In this document: one piece after another, positions 1 to 13,628 of the stretch
How the letters are laid out: each line of letters begins with the position of its first letter
Numbering within the stretch: the first letter of the stretch is position 1
Source: Eledone cirrhosa
Taxonomy: Eukaryota
Assembly (NCBI GenBank): GCA_964016885.1
Contig: OZ024743.1
Location: 47,306,001-47,370,000, forward strand
Direction: 5' to 3'
DNA length: 64,000 nt
Notes under the pieces: generated by a model
What the model saw: the letters and a program-made list of their open reading frames with translations, nothing else
What the model was told of the DNA's origin: nothing
Databases searched by the model: none
Translations under genes and position numbers: made by a program

Positions 1-22
1 GGTATTATACCCAATTTATTCA

Positions 23-64
<42 letters not shown>

Positions 65-805
65 TCATTTATTATGGGTATTGGTGAGCTTTGTTATTCT
101 AAAGTTTCAACTGTGCACTCACAGGATCACCAGTCTTGTCAGGTGAGTACGCAGGTGAGACTCCAGAGTAACAAGACTTAGCCATAATATACAAATATTT
201 AAACTCTACTTCGGAATTGAGTTTTCATTCTTACGTCCTTCAATAATTCACGTACTCTCAGGTATTGAATAATCGACCCCACCCCGCTTATTAATTTGTC
301 AGATTTTTCCACCCCACCCCGGGTTTTATTCCACCCACACCCCTCTCCATGTTTATCAAATTTTGCTAATCTATCTCCGGCGAAATTTTATTGTAAGTGA
401 TTCATATTGATACATCAGCTGGAGAATCTAATAATTCTATTTTACATTTTTAAAAACATTATATATGACAAGAGAAGAACATTACATGAAATCCCACATT
501 ATTGCCACCCCTCCTATTATTTGGGACCCGAGAGTGCCACCAAACTCTCCTCTCTATGTCACACAAAACTCTCTTTTAATCCCCCTCTGTATATCAATCA
601 CCTCTAAACTCTCCCCCTCTTTATATCTACTACACGGAACTCTCTTCCAATACCCCTCTTTTACTAGCGTCGAGTTGTCGAAGCACTCGATGCTGTTACT
701 GTGTCCGTCTCTCGTTGTGTTGTGCTCTCGTTGTGTTGTGCGGATGTATTTGCAGAGTGTATATAAATTGACAATAAGAATTGCAGCTTTTTGTAAACTT
801 CATTA

Positions 806-864
806 CATATTACAATTGTTTCTATATTGGATCCCGACTCTTAATCGACACTTCTTCAGATATG
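806..864 (-). ncRNA. Type I hammerhead ribozyme motif (palindromic stem III) in fold-back PLE remnant ~680-1000
   Basis: Minus strand reads CATAT-CTGAAGA-[imperfect stem II]-GAAA-CAATTG-TA-ATATG; stem I CATAT/ATATG; arms 760-842 and 888-1000 are inverted copies. Confidence 0.65.
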
Positions 865-1001
865 AGAGTTTATATGGATGAACCCATCAAGAGTCGGGAT
901 CCGATCGCATGATCAAACCCGAGCTGATCGATATGGAAATAATTTGTAATATGTAATAAAGTTTACAAAAAGATGCAATTCTTATTGTCACTTTATATAT
1001 A

Positions 1002-1181
1002 GAGCGGTCGATTGGCAGAATCGTTAGAGGGTTGGACGCCATGCTTTGACGCATAGAGTTTTGGCCCTTTCCATTCTGAGTTCAAATCCCGCTGAGGTTA
1101 ACTTTACCTTTCATCCTTAGGGGGTCGATAAAATAAAGTACCAGTAATGCACTAGGTAATTGATGGCCTTGTGCCAAAAGT
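1002..1181 (+). mobile_element. tRNA-derived SINE, family A
   Basis: A-box-like TGGCAGAATCG, B-box GAGTTCAAATCCC, central CCTTTCATCCTTAGGGGGTCGATAAAATAAAGTACCAG domain, 3' GGCCTTGTGCCAAAAG. Confidence 0.9.
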
Positions 1182-1666
1182 GAGTGTGTGTGTGTGTGAG
1201 TGTGCGTGTGTGTGTGTATGTATGTATGTGTGTTGTGTGTGTGTGTGTGTGTGTGCAGTGTTTTAAAGAAAGAGGACGAATAAGATGTTAGTTAAGCAGT
1301 AAAATCATGTCATTTACTTATCAATAAATACCAAATGTCACTCAGTACGGATGTGCTGGGTGACAATACAAAGGGAGTTAAATGAAACTAAGGCAAGAGT
1401 AATATAGAGGAGGAATGACAGAGTAGAGGGGGGCAAGAGGAAGAGAAAGGGTGGGGGCTGATTAATATTATTTGTAGTGAGGCAAAAAATGTTTCAAGGA
1501 AATAAATACAAATTGCACTGGAATATAATTACAAAACAACATGACCAGATACAAACACACACACACACACATATACATACATTAATGTATACTTAAACAT
1601 ATATAAGTAAATATATATATATCAAGTATATATATGTGTGTGTGTGTGCATACGTAAACATAAATA

Positions 1667-1715
1667 TTTCAGAAGATCCCGTTAAGGGTAAAAGCAGCGA
1701 TTCTTTGCTTAAACT
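1667..1715 (+). ncRNA. Decayed copy of CAGAAGA-core hammerhead family (GAAA changed to AAAA)
   Basis: TTT-CAGAAGA-TCCC-GTTAA-GGGT-AAAA-GCA...TGC-TT-AAAC; near-identical to 13028-13079. Confidence 0.4.
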
Positions 1716-1822
1716 TTAATCTGTTATTTTAATAAATATTTGCTCTAGGGTTCTTATATATTTGATATATATTTATCCTTATCGGACCCTCTTTGAATTT
1801 TAGTCTTCACATTTATTATATT

Positions 1823-1871
<49 letters not shown>

Positions 1872-2059
1872 TTGCAAGGTTTTTTATATGAACTCGTGTG
1901 TCGAAACAAATATTATTATACTTGGAGAGGGTCATGTTGTAATATTATTTATGGCAATATTACAACAATATGACCCTCCCCAAGTATATATATATATATT
2001 TATTGAAAGTAGAATTAGAAGCTTTCACCGCATCCCTCTTAAGGTTTGGACTCTGGACT

Positions 2060-2215
2060 AAACTGGTATTTTCAGGATTAGGCTGGTACTTTTTAACGAG
2101 CTCAAAATGGTGAAAGGCAAAATTAACATCCGTTGGATTTGAACTCAGAGTACAATGAGTCTCCACAAATACCACAAATACCGACGTTTTAACGACTCTG
2201 CCAATTCGCCGCCAA
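2060..2215 (-). mobile_element. Diverged SINE family A copy
   Basis: Reverse complement of ctggtacttt...tgaaaggcaaa...ggatttgaactcag...ctctgccaattcgcc. Confidence 0.75.
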
Positions 2216-2837
2216 TACGATTTTATTGACGATTCTGTAAGTTGGGTTTAGTGGGAGAAGGAATCTCTGCTTTTAAAGAAAAGAGTAAAGTCACTTCATT
2301 TTAAATGAAGATAAATAGATTGCAGTCTCTTAGAGTCTTTCAGTTTACAATTTGTCATAAAAATTGTACTAGAAATTCTGATTTCGCATCTTTTTTTTTT
2401 TTTAGCTTGACTTTCTCGGTTGTGTCATTTTCAAATGTTTAGAATGACTTGTTTATTTCTGAGTAAACGTTGTTGTCCTGTCTTACAAAGGAAGGGTTTA
2501 TAGTAAGCCGATGGTTTATATTTCTACGATAAGTTTTATGGTTTATAAAAGGGAGTAGTTTTCTAATCTGGTCTTGTAAATCTTCTTTAAGAGAATTACA
2601 ATTGAAACCGGGTCACCAGAGCTATGTTCTACTCTATTGTACTTATTCGTTTACTCTTCATTTATTTCATATCACAATTTCTATGCAATAGTGTTGTTGG
2701 CTACATATTTTAACATCAATAAATTCTACAATCCAAGAAGTTAGACTCAATATAATCGCTTGACCTAGAATTAACAGCCAAATCTCCTTCAAATTACAGA
2801 ATACTATATTGAAAAGGAAAGGCATACACATTGGATA

Positions 2838-3022
2838 ATTGTTTCTACTTTTGGCACAAGGCCAGCAATTACTCGGTGCATTACTGGTACTTTATTTTAT
2901 CGACCCCGTAAGGATGAAAGGCAAAGTTAACCTTGGCGGGATTTGAACTCAGACCATAAAGGGCCTTAACTCAATGCGTCAAAGCATGGTGTCCGACTCT
3001 CTACCGATACTGCCAATCCACC
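2838..3022 (-). mobile_element. SINE family A copy with ~17-bp target-site duplication (TSD)
   Basis: Full reverse-complement SINE flanked by CATACACATTGGATAAT on both sides. Confidence 0.9.
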
Positions 3023-3322
3023 ATACACATTGGATAATGTCCTCGGAATATAAATGATGGTAGTAATGACGGATTTACCGCACGTTTTTCAGCATGTCGC
3101 GATGGGAGGAGTACTGGTAAAAAGTACAGCAAATTAAAAAGATATTCAAAAATTATATTCATGGTGAATTTTATGGATACTGTATCTAAGTGTTGATTTT
3201 TCATTTGCTTTAAGCAAAGCCTCCAAACGAAACATAAATGTCGAATGAGAAAATATACAAAAGAGATCGAACTTGAATAGTGTCGTGTTTGAAAAAAAAT
3301 AGTTGATCGATGCATATATATA

Positions 3323-3362
<40 letters not shown>

Positions 3363-3386
3363 CGTGTGTGTGTGTGTGTGTGTGTG

Positions 3387-3474
3387 TGAATGTATGTATA
3401 GTATATTTGGCAATATACCGTATGTTTAATTAAAAACATACGGTATATTGCCAAATATACAATACATACATTCA
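3387..3474. repeat. Near-perfect hairpin/palindrome
   Basis: tgaatgtatgtatagtatatttggcaatataccgtatgttt ... aaacatacggtatattgccaaatatacaatacatacattca. Confidence 0.8.
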
Positions 3475-3793
3475 TGTACACATCGCTATTTCAGAGCACC
3501 AATCCTAATACCTAATATATATATATATATATATATAAAGATGAGTATTGACGTACATGGGACGTCAATACTCATCTTTTTCCATTTATCTGAGGGTTCT
3601 AAACCCCGTTATCAAGCTAAAATTCCTTTAGTTAAAAATACGGTGAAAGCTATATATTTTCTAATTTCAAACTCGCTCACTGTTTCAAAACATACTTACT
3701 TGCCATTTAAACTCGCTAAGAATGTAGTTTCTAATTTGAATGGAAAGAGATGGGTGATGTGTTGGTGTAATGGTAGCACAGTGGTCGCGATAA

Positions 3794-3833
<40 letters not shown>

Positions 3834-4396
3834 TATATAAATTGGAAGTGGTCGGATGTTGTATATTTAAGTAAGTAAGTGTAGTCGGATAAACGTCGAA
3901 ACGGCTTGGTGGAATGCAGCGAAAATTTACACAGTTATGCAGAATGACCCGAGGAGGTTATGGAGAAAATCGATGAAACAGGAATTTCCCATTCAAATTG
4001 AACTGAGAGTAATCTGTGAACGCAGAAGTAAATATTTCGAGAAACGTTGCAACCGAACGAAAACAGGAAGACGATATTTTGGTTCGTGAAGACGTCCCCT
4101 GGCAATGAACGGGAAAAAGGCGAGGATAATACGTCGTTATGTGGACCGGGAAGAACAATTTCATGCAAAGACAAGACCAAGTTTATGGTATAAATGGAGT
4201 CGTTAGACTAATATTCTATTTAAAATAACAGAATGATTTCCAGCCCCGGAGTTTAAGAATGATGTAAATAAAATTGAAAACGAAAATGACAGAGGTTATT
4301 AAAATAGTAAAAGTAAATAGTGAAGATTTAGGCCAGTACATACGTATGCCCCGACGGACATACACATACATACGCACACACAAATACATACACCCA

Positions 4397-4454
<58 letters not shown>

Positions 4455-4486
4455 TACGCACACACAAATACATACACCCACAAACA

Positions 4487-4517
<31 letters not shown>

Positions 4518-4689
4518 GCGCGTATGTATAAACCTTATGCATTTCTACAGTATTTTCACCAAACTTAAGACATAGGTTACTTATGTACTCCGGATGGTCA
4601 TGGGCACTTTCATTTTTCCAGATATTGATTATAGGGCCTTCCGGCAGATAACCCCATTTAACCACTTTCTTGGAGTCGACTGAAGAACT

Positions 4690-4959
4690 GCAGTGCAATG
4701 CAACAAAACGTCATAACTTCTGGAGTTCGCAACCGATTTTCACAAAACTTGACACATGGCCTACGTTTGTCCTACAGATTAATGTGAACTCTCAGAATTG
4801 GCACATATTGAGTAGGGGACCCCTGGGGGCAGGAACCCCCTTTTGGAAAAAGCCGATGATTTTGTAAAAGTATAGTTTTCGAAGCACCACTGAAGTATTG
4901 ACATAAATGTTATACACAACTGCTATTTAATACCCGAACAACGCCGGGTACCTCAGCTA

Positions 4960-4960
<1 letters not shown>
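4690..4960 (+). mobile_element. Non-autonomous Helitron 3' portion (5' boundary uncertain, possibly ~3830)
   Basis: Subterminal hairpin ACCCGaacaacgcCGGGT followed by CTAG|T at 4957-4961; accgattttcacaaaact motif shared with 46130 and 60845 elements. Confidence 0.65.
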
Positions 4961-4996
<36 letters not shown>

Positions 4997-5399
4997 CTGG
5001 CTGTCTGCTCAATACAAAGCTTACCATTTCAGTACACATGATACTCACGTCCGGCATGAGATCTTATGTGGTTTTTTTAGAACATACATACTTTTTAAAA
5101 AACGGTCTACATAAATTGCATATTAGTTTTGGTGCAGTTTGTTCTGTCTGTGTATCTTGATGAACTTTGAAATGTCTCATTATATCTCCTTGAGATTTGC
5201 AGATATTGTGGTATATGTGCTATTGATAAGTGTGAACTGGTTTGTATGTTCTCCAGTCAGTAGGGAGTGCCCTATTGTGTGCTCTTATGTGATTGAAGTC
5301 CAGCCTTCTACAGGCAGATTCTGCCGCAAACTGTACAAGGAGAAACACTTCCATTAGTTTCATATCTTCTTAGTGGCTGGTTTTTTTCTTATATTCCTC

Positions 5400-6230
5400 T
5401 TAATATTTTCTAGCATCAGCCTGTTTAATTCAAAGATTTTCATTCCATATTTGTGAACGCCATGTAGAGCGATCCACTGCGAGACTTTACAGGTTTCTGG
5501 GGTCAGTTCCTACATTCTTCAAGTTCACTTTCAATGCATCCTTGAACCTTTTCTTTGGCTTACTTTGTTTTCTGTTTCCCTGAGCAAGTCTCTCATAAAA
5601 CAGTTGCTTAGGGATACCCTCGTCAGCCATGCGGACAATATGTCCCAACTTCCGCAGCTGGTTTTTAAAAACTATTGCTTCGCTGGAACAAATATTAGAT
5701 GCCATTAGAACATTTATTCCATTTTATTTTCAGAATATGTTGTGAGTATTTTCGATAGAATCGCTCCAGGAGTCTAAAGTGATATTTGTAACATGTCCAA
5801 GTTTCACAAGAGAGGATAACACAGAGGATCTATAAACAAATATTTTTGTTTCATTCTTGATATGTCTTTGTGATGAAATCTGAAACTCTAAACTACCAAA
5901 ATATTTTGCTGCCTTGTGAATCCTTACTCCTAAGGAATATGAAAGATTCAACAACCTTTAAAAAATTCGACCTTCCACATATATTTGAGGTTGCTGCACA
6001 ACTTGGCTAGATGCAGGTTGACATAAAACTACCGTTTCCTTTAAATCTATAGTTAAACTGACGATATCACAAGTCGAATTAAATGCAATCCATACTCAGT
6101 ATAACTGACAAGGTCACAGTCCTCGGCACTCAGTAGGTCTCTTATTAGTGAGGTGAACACTTTGCTTATAAATTTCATCCTTGCTAAGTTAAAGACATTT
6201 CCTGTGGTATGATATTTTATATATAAACCT
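5400..6230 (-). pseudogene. Decayed RTE-clade LINE reverse transcriptase C-terminus
   Basis: QLRKLGHIVRMADEGIPKQLFYERL..G.RK..KPKKRFKDALK and ETKIFVYRSSVLSSL, with frameshifts and stops. Confidence 0.8.
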
Positions 6231-6538
6231 TCGTTGTTGTTTTGGAAAGCATGCTAGAGCATGGCAGTAAAATATATTGTAAAGAGAGTATGTGCATCAA
6301 GACCTCTGCGTTCCACACTATTTTCCACTTTAAAAGGGTCAAAGAGTGTGCCCTCAAAGTGTGCCCCCGAAGTGTGTCCTCTGGCTTTCATGTCTTTATG
6401 AAAAGCTTTCAATATATTTACAAACTTTTGAGGGATCCAAATTTAGACAAAACCAACAATAAGAAATGAACGGGATCAAATGTCTTACTGAGATCAACAA
6501 AACAATGGTAGAGAGTGGGGTTCTATTCAATACAACGC

Positions 6539-6603
<65 letters not shown>

Positions 6604-6687
6604 AAAGGTAAACAGAAATAACAACACAATCGGTATAGCATATGGAAGGGATATATTAGGTTAACGCTTGATATAGCAAGAAGAGGG

Positions 6688-6723
6688 TCTTGACGTTTCG
6701 GACGCTAGTCCTTCATCAGAAGA
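6688..6723 (-). ncRNA. Minimal type I hammerhead ribozyme, canonical core
   Basis: TCTT-CTGATGA-AGGAC-TAGC-GTCC-GAAA-CG-TC-AAGA; stem I TCTT/AAGA; palindromic ACGT stem III; GUC cleavage triplet; island lies between (TA)n tracts. Confidence 0.85.
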
Positions 6724-6892
6724 AAGAATGAGAAATAAGATAGATTGAGGGGACGGGTGGGTTGGAATTGGAAAAAATGTCTTTAGATAAAAAATAACAG
6801 GTCCATTCTACGATCTATTTGTGGATCGAACCTGACTCTGGATTCGCAAGTTCCTCAGATACGTTTAGCGACTTCGAAGCAAAAGCAACCTT

Positions 6893-7008
<116 letters not shown>

Positions 7009-7490
7009 TTTATTGCATATAGAGGGAGAAAGTGCGAGGAGAGGTCGTAAATATTTGTGTGAGTATATCGTGCAGAAAAACAAGTGCATATGACTAGGGA
7101 GTGTGTGTGTGGGGGGGGGGGGGTTGAAGTTGAAGTAAAAATAGATCGGATAAAGACATAGGATTAAGGGGGAGGAGGAGGAGGTGGTTGAGAAGGAGAA
7201 GAGAGGAAGCTATGAAAGGTGATGATGTTACCCTACCATCACCATTACCACCATCACTACCGTCTCCACCTAACAATCATCGCCATCGCCACTACCAGTA
7301 TCACAGAGATCAGGATAACGTGGGAACGAGAAAGTCGTGTTGATAGTTATTACGACAAAAGCAAGCAATGGTGGTTGGTGGGTGCTGGTTGCTGGTTGGG
7401 TTGGGGCTTGTCTGTTGATGTTCTTGACGAATACATAGTGCATGACAGGAGGTGACCCCTTTTACACACACATACACATACACACACACA

Positions 7491-7552
<62 letters not shown>

Positions 7553-7568
7553 CATACAGACACAGACA

Positions 7569-7602
<34 letters not shown>

Positions 7603-7680
7603 GTATATATATGTACATATATATATATATATATACATACATATATATATACATACATATATATATACATACATATATAT

Positions 7681-7741
<61 letters not shown>

Positions 7742-7788
7742 CACACATACATACACACACACACACACATGCATACAGACACACACAC

Positions 7789-7819
<31 letters not shown>

Positions 7820-7900
7820 ATAAATATGTATGTATATATATATATATATATATATATTTACATATATATGTACATATATATATATACATATATATAAATG

Positions 7901-7960
<60 letters not shown>

Positions 7961-8229
7961 GATGGTGGTGATATATGTATTAGTGTTAAACATATATGTA
8001 CACATATATACATACCAGTTGTTACTCCCAGTGTGTAAGTAGGTGTTAGTGTGAAAAACCCTTTGTCTTCTTTTTCATCTATTTGTTGATAATATTAACT
8101 GTCACTCCCCTCTAGCTTACTACACCAACCGCACCCTAGACTGGTGCCATCTAGTTTGTGTTATGTAAAGATTATTTCAGTTGTGTGATCAGCAGAAATC
8201 CGCGAAACTCAGAAAGTAATCTCAATATA

Positions 8230-8380
8230 ATTGTTTCTACGTTAGGCACAAGGCCAGCAATTACCTCAGTGTATTACTGGTACTTTATTTTATCGATCTC
8301 GTAAGGATGAAAGGCAAAGTAAGCCTCGGTGGGATTTTAAATTGGCGTGTGACGCTCTACCGATACTGCTAATCCACCGT
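8230..8380 (-). mobile_element. SINE family A copy with internal deletion
   Basis: ttgtttctac...gatgaaaggcaaag...taccgatactgctaatccaccg; flanked by TAATCTCAATATAAT repeat. Confidence 0.8.
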
Positions 8381-8564
8381 AATCTCAATATAATGTGGGT
8401 GTTTGTTTGTTTCTTTGTGTATAAGTGTGTGTGTGTATGTTTGTGTGTGTGTGTGTGTGTTTGTGTGTGTGTATGTGTGTGTATGCGTGTATGTGTGTGG
8501 GTGTTTGTATGTGTGTGTGTGTGTGTGTGTATGTATGTGTGTATGTGCGTGTGTGTACAATGAC

Positions 8565-8850
8565 GCAACATGGCCGAATGGTTAAGTAGTTTCTCGTGGC
8601 AATCATTAGATCCCGGGTTCAATCCAACTGAGTGGCATCTTTGACATGGATCATTTACCATAGCCTCCCGACGACCCATGTTTGTGTGTGAAATTTGGTA
8701 GACCGAAACTGTTTGGAAGACTATTGAATGTAGTGTACCTGTAGGACCAGGTTTGTCATACACTGTTGTGTCTCGTTGAATCTCCCTGAGAATTGCGTTA
8801 AAGATACACGTGTCTTTGGTATGCTCAGCCACTTACACCGATCGAACAAC
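8565..8850 (+). mobile_element. Second tRNA-derived SINE family B (CORE-like), diverged
   Basis: TGGCCGAATGG A-box, GGTTCAATCC B-box, ccatagcctc...gaaatttggtagac.gaaactg; relatives at 20225-20560, 24910-25205 (-) and 62720-63030. Confidence 0.6.
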
Positions 8851-8903
8851 CGGAACACACACCGTCAAAAATACATTTATAGATATGTGTTTGTGTGTGT
8901 GTG

Positions 8904-8971
<68 letters not shown>

Positions 8972-9240
8972 GCAGTCTGCTAATATGCAAATCAGGCTGA
9001 TCAGTCATTGTATGTTTTAGAGCATATCATATATTTTCACTAGCTCTGATATTTGGCAGGTGAACAATAAACTGCACTGATGAATGGTAATCACCCAGAA
9101 ACATTAGTGTCTTCAGTTCTGTTTACATACCAACGCAAGAGCAAGAATGGCGGTGTCATTCTGCTGACATGGCTTAAAGAAGCTGTTTGCATAATTGCAA
9201 ACGAATTGAATATTATTATTAATATTCGAAAAACGCAAAT

Positions 9241-9293
<53 letters not shown>

Positions 9294-9310
9294 TAGGGCG
9301 GGTAAAATTC

Positions 9311-9370
<60 letters not shown>

Positions 9371-9526
9371 AGAAAGTATGACCCCGACGGCAGAGCTCAA
9401 GCCGTTTTGACGGCTATTTCTGAGTCCAGAAATAAGTGTGCCCCGAAGTGTGTGCTCTGGCTTTCATGTCTTTATGAGAAAAACTACAGACCCTCCATCT
9501 CAACTCTACTTTTGAAAAGCAGAAGA

Positions 9527-9564
<38 letters not shown>

Positions 9565-11098
9565 ATGTATATATATAGAGAGAGTGTGTGTGTGTGTGTC
9601 TGTCTGTGTGTGAGAAAGAGAGAAAGAGGTGAGAGAGAGTGTGAGAGAGACTGGGAGTTACCAGTTTGACTAACAAGGCCATATTCAGCTAAGTACTCAA
9701 TACTCGGGAAAGTAGAGTGTATATATAGTTAAATGTCAATGCCCGATTGCTGAGCTCGTGTTCAGGCCCCAGCATGGCCTTAGCCAGTCGGCTGAAACAG
9801 GTAAAAGAGTGTGTGTGTGTATGTGTGTAATACACATTCACACACACTCTATAGACAGACAAGACATGATATCACTACGATAGATAGATAGATGAAATGA
9901 AAGAAAGAAAGAGAAAGGTATAAATAAATATATATCGATAGAAAGATAGAAAGGAAGAAAGAGAGAAATAAGTAAAGAGTGAAAGAAATGAATAAAATGA
10001 TTGTTCGTGTTCAGTAATCCCTAAAATCAGAGCTAAATACAGGGTGGGTGGGGGTCCCTGGCCCTGACCCTGGGATTTACCCTGAAAAGGTTGACATCTT
10101 TTACTTACCCACTTTCTGTAACACATACATACACGTAGAGAAGTATTTACACACACATACACAGGTACACACACACACGTACACAGACAGATACACATTC
10201 ATATACACACAGGTACACACACACGTACACAGACAGATACACACTCATATACACACAGGTATACACACATAGGTATATACACATGCACACACACACAGCT
10301 GTATTCACACATACAGGTGTTAACACATACACACACACAAGTACACATATACACATACACATAGATATACAAACAAGTACACATTTACATATATACACCA
10401 CAGGTACACATATAGATACATATGTGCACACACACACACATACACATACATACACATACACATAGACATACACATACAAACATTGCATTGCTTTGTATCA
10501 CTAGGACGAAAGGCAAAAGAAATTCAAAAGAATACAGTGTTTGGGAGAGGTGAGAATTACAGTGGGAGGGGGGACACAAACAAAAAAATAAATATAAAAT
10601 CTCTCGTCATTTTATATATAGTCTAGAGACCAATTTTAAAGGAAAGGATTTCAACGGAAGCTGGCCATCTATACTGGCATTTGACCAATGCCCGACTGTT
10701 GGGCTGGCCAGAAAAAAAGACAGCTAAAGGATATCACGAAAACTTGAGCTATGAAAACACGCCTCTGGGCCTCAGCAGTGTCACCCGGTTTTCAGACCCA
10801 GTTCGATTCTGGGTTTTAAATATAGTTGATTATATTAACCTCGGAATTTGACTGATACTTTATTTTAGCGACCGAGTAAAATTAAAAGACAAACTCGACC
10901 TCGACGGGATTTCAATGTACAGCTTAAAGAGTCGTAACTAAATACTGGAAAACATTTTGTCCGATACTCTACCGATTTTGCCAATTCTCTGCCCTATGCC
11001 AGGTGATGCTATTAAATTAGACATGGCCTGTGCCAATACTGGCCGAAACCTATCAAAGTTATCAAAGTTATCAAAAGTAAATGTTTCTAATATAATCA

Positions 11099-11268
11099 TA
11101 ATTGTTTCTACTTTTGACACCAGGCCAGCAATTACCTAGTACATTACTGGTACTTTATTTTATCCACCCCGTAAGGATGAAAGGCAAAGTTAACCTCGGC
11201 GGGATTTGAACTCAGATCGTAAAGGGACGTAACTATGCTGGAAAGCATGGCGTCCGACCCTCTACCAA
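11099..11268 (-). mobile_element. SINE family A copy (a second diverged copy at ~10830-10990)
   Basis: Reverse-complement SINE; TSD-like ATAATCATAAT on both sides. Confidence 0.85.
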
Positions 11269-11359
11269 TAATCATAATGTCAAACATTTTGGAGGAAGAG
11301 GTAAGTTTGGCAGATTTCTACACAGCTCCTTATTAAATTCCACTCACAAATCTTTGGTC

Positions 11360-11630
11360 GACCTGAATCAAGGAGTTGCTCCAGGTAGAGCCGCTACTTC
11401 TCCGAATTGAGAGATCAGAGCTCCGGCACTGCGAACATGTAGTTAGAATGTCTAAGGAAAGAATTGCTGAACAGATTTTACGGGCAAAACCAGTAGGCAG
11501 GAGATCTAGAGGTAGACCAGGAGCAAGATGGTGGTCTCGCTTGGCGATCCAAACGGATCAATTGAAGGTGGTTGCTTCTGATAAGACCCTCTGGAGGGCG
11601 TATCTTGGGACTTTTCTCTCACAACCCTTT
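11360..11630 (+). pseudogene. RTE-like LINE 3' coding fragment
   Basis: VEPLLLRIERSELRHCEHVVRMSKERIAEQIL.AKPVGRRSRGRPGARW, followed by (GAA)n. Confidence 0.7.
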
Positions 11631-12836
11631 CAAGAAGAAGAAGAAGAAGAAGAAGAAGAAGAAGAAGAAGAAGCAAACGGTAAAAATCTTAATGTCGTTT
11701 TTCATGAAACCACATCATCTGATCTAAGGGAGTGGGCTCTAAACCACGTATGAGCAACCTTTTTCGCACTACTAAAAAAACTCAAGGTATTAGTTAGGCG
11801 TGCCATCCATTCAGAACGCCAAACCAGGAGCATGCGGTCCACATATCGTAGTTTGGCCACGACTGCCTCTAAACTCTACTGCTATCTTTCTTTCCCAGAG
11901 TTTTCTCAATCTCCACCTGACGTTATACCTTCTCCAAAACATCGCCGTACATTGTCACTGTTATATATGGGTCTTGAACATAACGTGTTTTTCTAATAGC
12001 GCGGGTTTGGGGAAAACCTGTTGACTGTAAAATGTGAGCCCACTCTATTTCCTTTTTCTTAAGCGGTAGGTTAAGATGGAAGGCGGTAAATTGGTAATCG
12101 TTTCGGCTGCCGAGTTCAATTTTGACCGTCATTCTTTCATGGTCGATAAATAAAGTACCAGTCTAGTACTGAGTTGATTCTTCCTGCATCTCTCGCTCTC
12201 TCTCTCACACACACTCTCTCTCTCTCTTTCTCTCTCTTTCCCCCTTTATCTCCCCCCTCTCTCTCTCACACACACACTCTCTCTCTCTCTCTCTCTCTCT
12301 GGAAGAGATTGTATTCAGACCAGAATAGGGATGAGCTTCGTTAATGTTAAATGCGCAAGACATATTACGTCGACGCCCCTACGTCCCTTTCAGTAGTTCA
12401 GAGGCCCCTCCAAAAGTAATGAATATTTTGGCTGCTATTTTTAGCAGAGATCTAGCAGCCACTACAGAGAGTCTCATTGGTTACTTGAGTCAGTGTTGTT
12501 TACGTCTACCTCTCTACATCACAACTGTTGTTACTTCATCACAAACATCTCTTAACTCTCACATCATCTTCACACTTAACACCTATTTCGTCTTTTTCCT
12601 TGTTTTCCCCATCATTTCTTCTCCTCTCCCTCTCACTCTTCTCCACTTCCTCACCCCCCTCTAAATCTATCTTCTCTTGTCACCCCCTCCCCTATCTCTC
12701 CTACTCTGTATATTTTGTTTTTCAAGTTCTTGTTTATATAAAGTATTAGACTTAAGTAGTCTAATACTTCATATAACTAAATGTTGATGTCTAAACACAC
12801 CACACACATATTTGTTATCTGTGTATGTATGTGCAG

Positions 12837-12907
<71 letters not shown>

Positions 12908-13027
12908 TGTATGTGATCTGTGCGCATACATTATGTGTACGTGTAGATAGTTGAATATATATATAAACATATATATATATATATAGTAATAATAAATATG
13001 AAGACCAAAATCCGGAAAGGGCTCGAT

Positions 13028-13079
13028 AGTTTCAGAAGATCCCGTAATAGGGTGAAAGCAGCAATTCTTTGCTTAAACT
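13028..13079 (+). ncRNA. Type I hammerhead motif with variant core CAGAAGA (U4>A)
   Basis: AGTTT-CAGAAGA-TCCC-GTAATA-GGGT-GAAA-GCA-gcaattctt-TGC-TT-AAACT; all three stems pair. Confidence 0.6.
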
Positions 13080-13230
13080 TTAGTCTTTCTTCTTCTTATC
13101 GTGTCCTCAATCTGTACTACTAATAATAATAATAATATATATATAAATATATATATAAGTATAAGTATATATATATATATATATATATAAATATATATAA
13201 GTATATATATATATATATAAATATATATAA

Positions 13231-13277
<47 letters not shown>

Positions 13278-13284
<7 letters not shown>

Positions 13285-13628
13285 GTGAGGTTTTTTTTAC
13301 AAAATGAAAAATAACCGAGGTGTCCTACACGAGTGAAAGTATAAAGAAAAAAAGTTGAAATCGAAAATGCAACTGGAGTCTTATTTTTAAAAATATATAT
13401 ATATTTATTTGGTTCCTTTACCGGTTTCGCAGTTCTTCTGCTTTTCAAAAGGTGGGTTGAGATGGAGGGTCTGTGGTTTTTCTCACATGTGATAAAAACC
13501 ACAGACCCTCCATCTCAACTCTACTTTTGAAAAGCAGAAGAACTGCGAAACCGGTAAAGGAACCAAATAAATATATATATATTTTTTTAAATAAGACTCC
13601 ATTTGCATTTTCGATTTCATCTTTTTTT

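Noticed and set aside
82-135. Hammerhead-like fold on minus strand (TGGTG/CACCA, CTGTG/CACAG, GAAA, CTTT/AAAG)
   Set aside because: CUGANGA core absent or deleted and U16.1 missing; at best a dead copy
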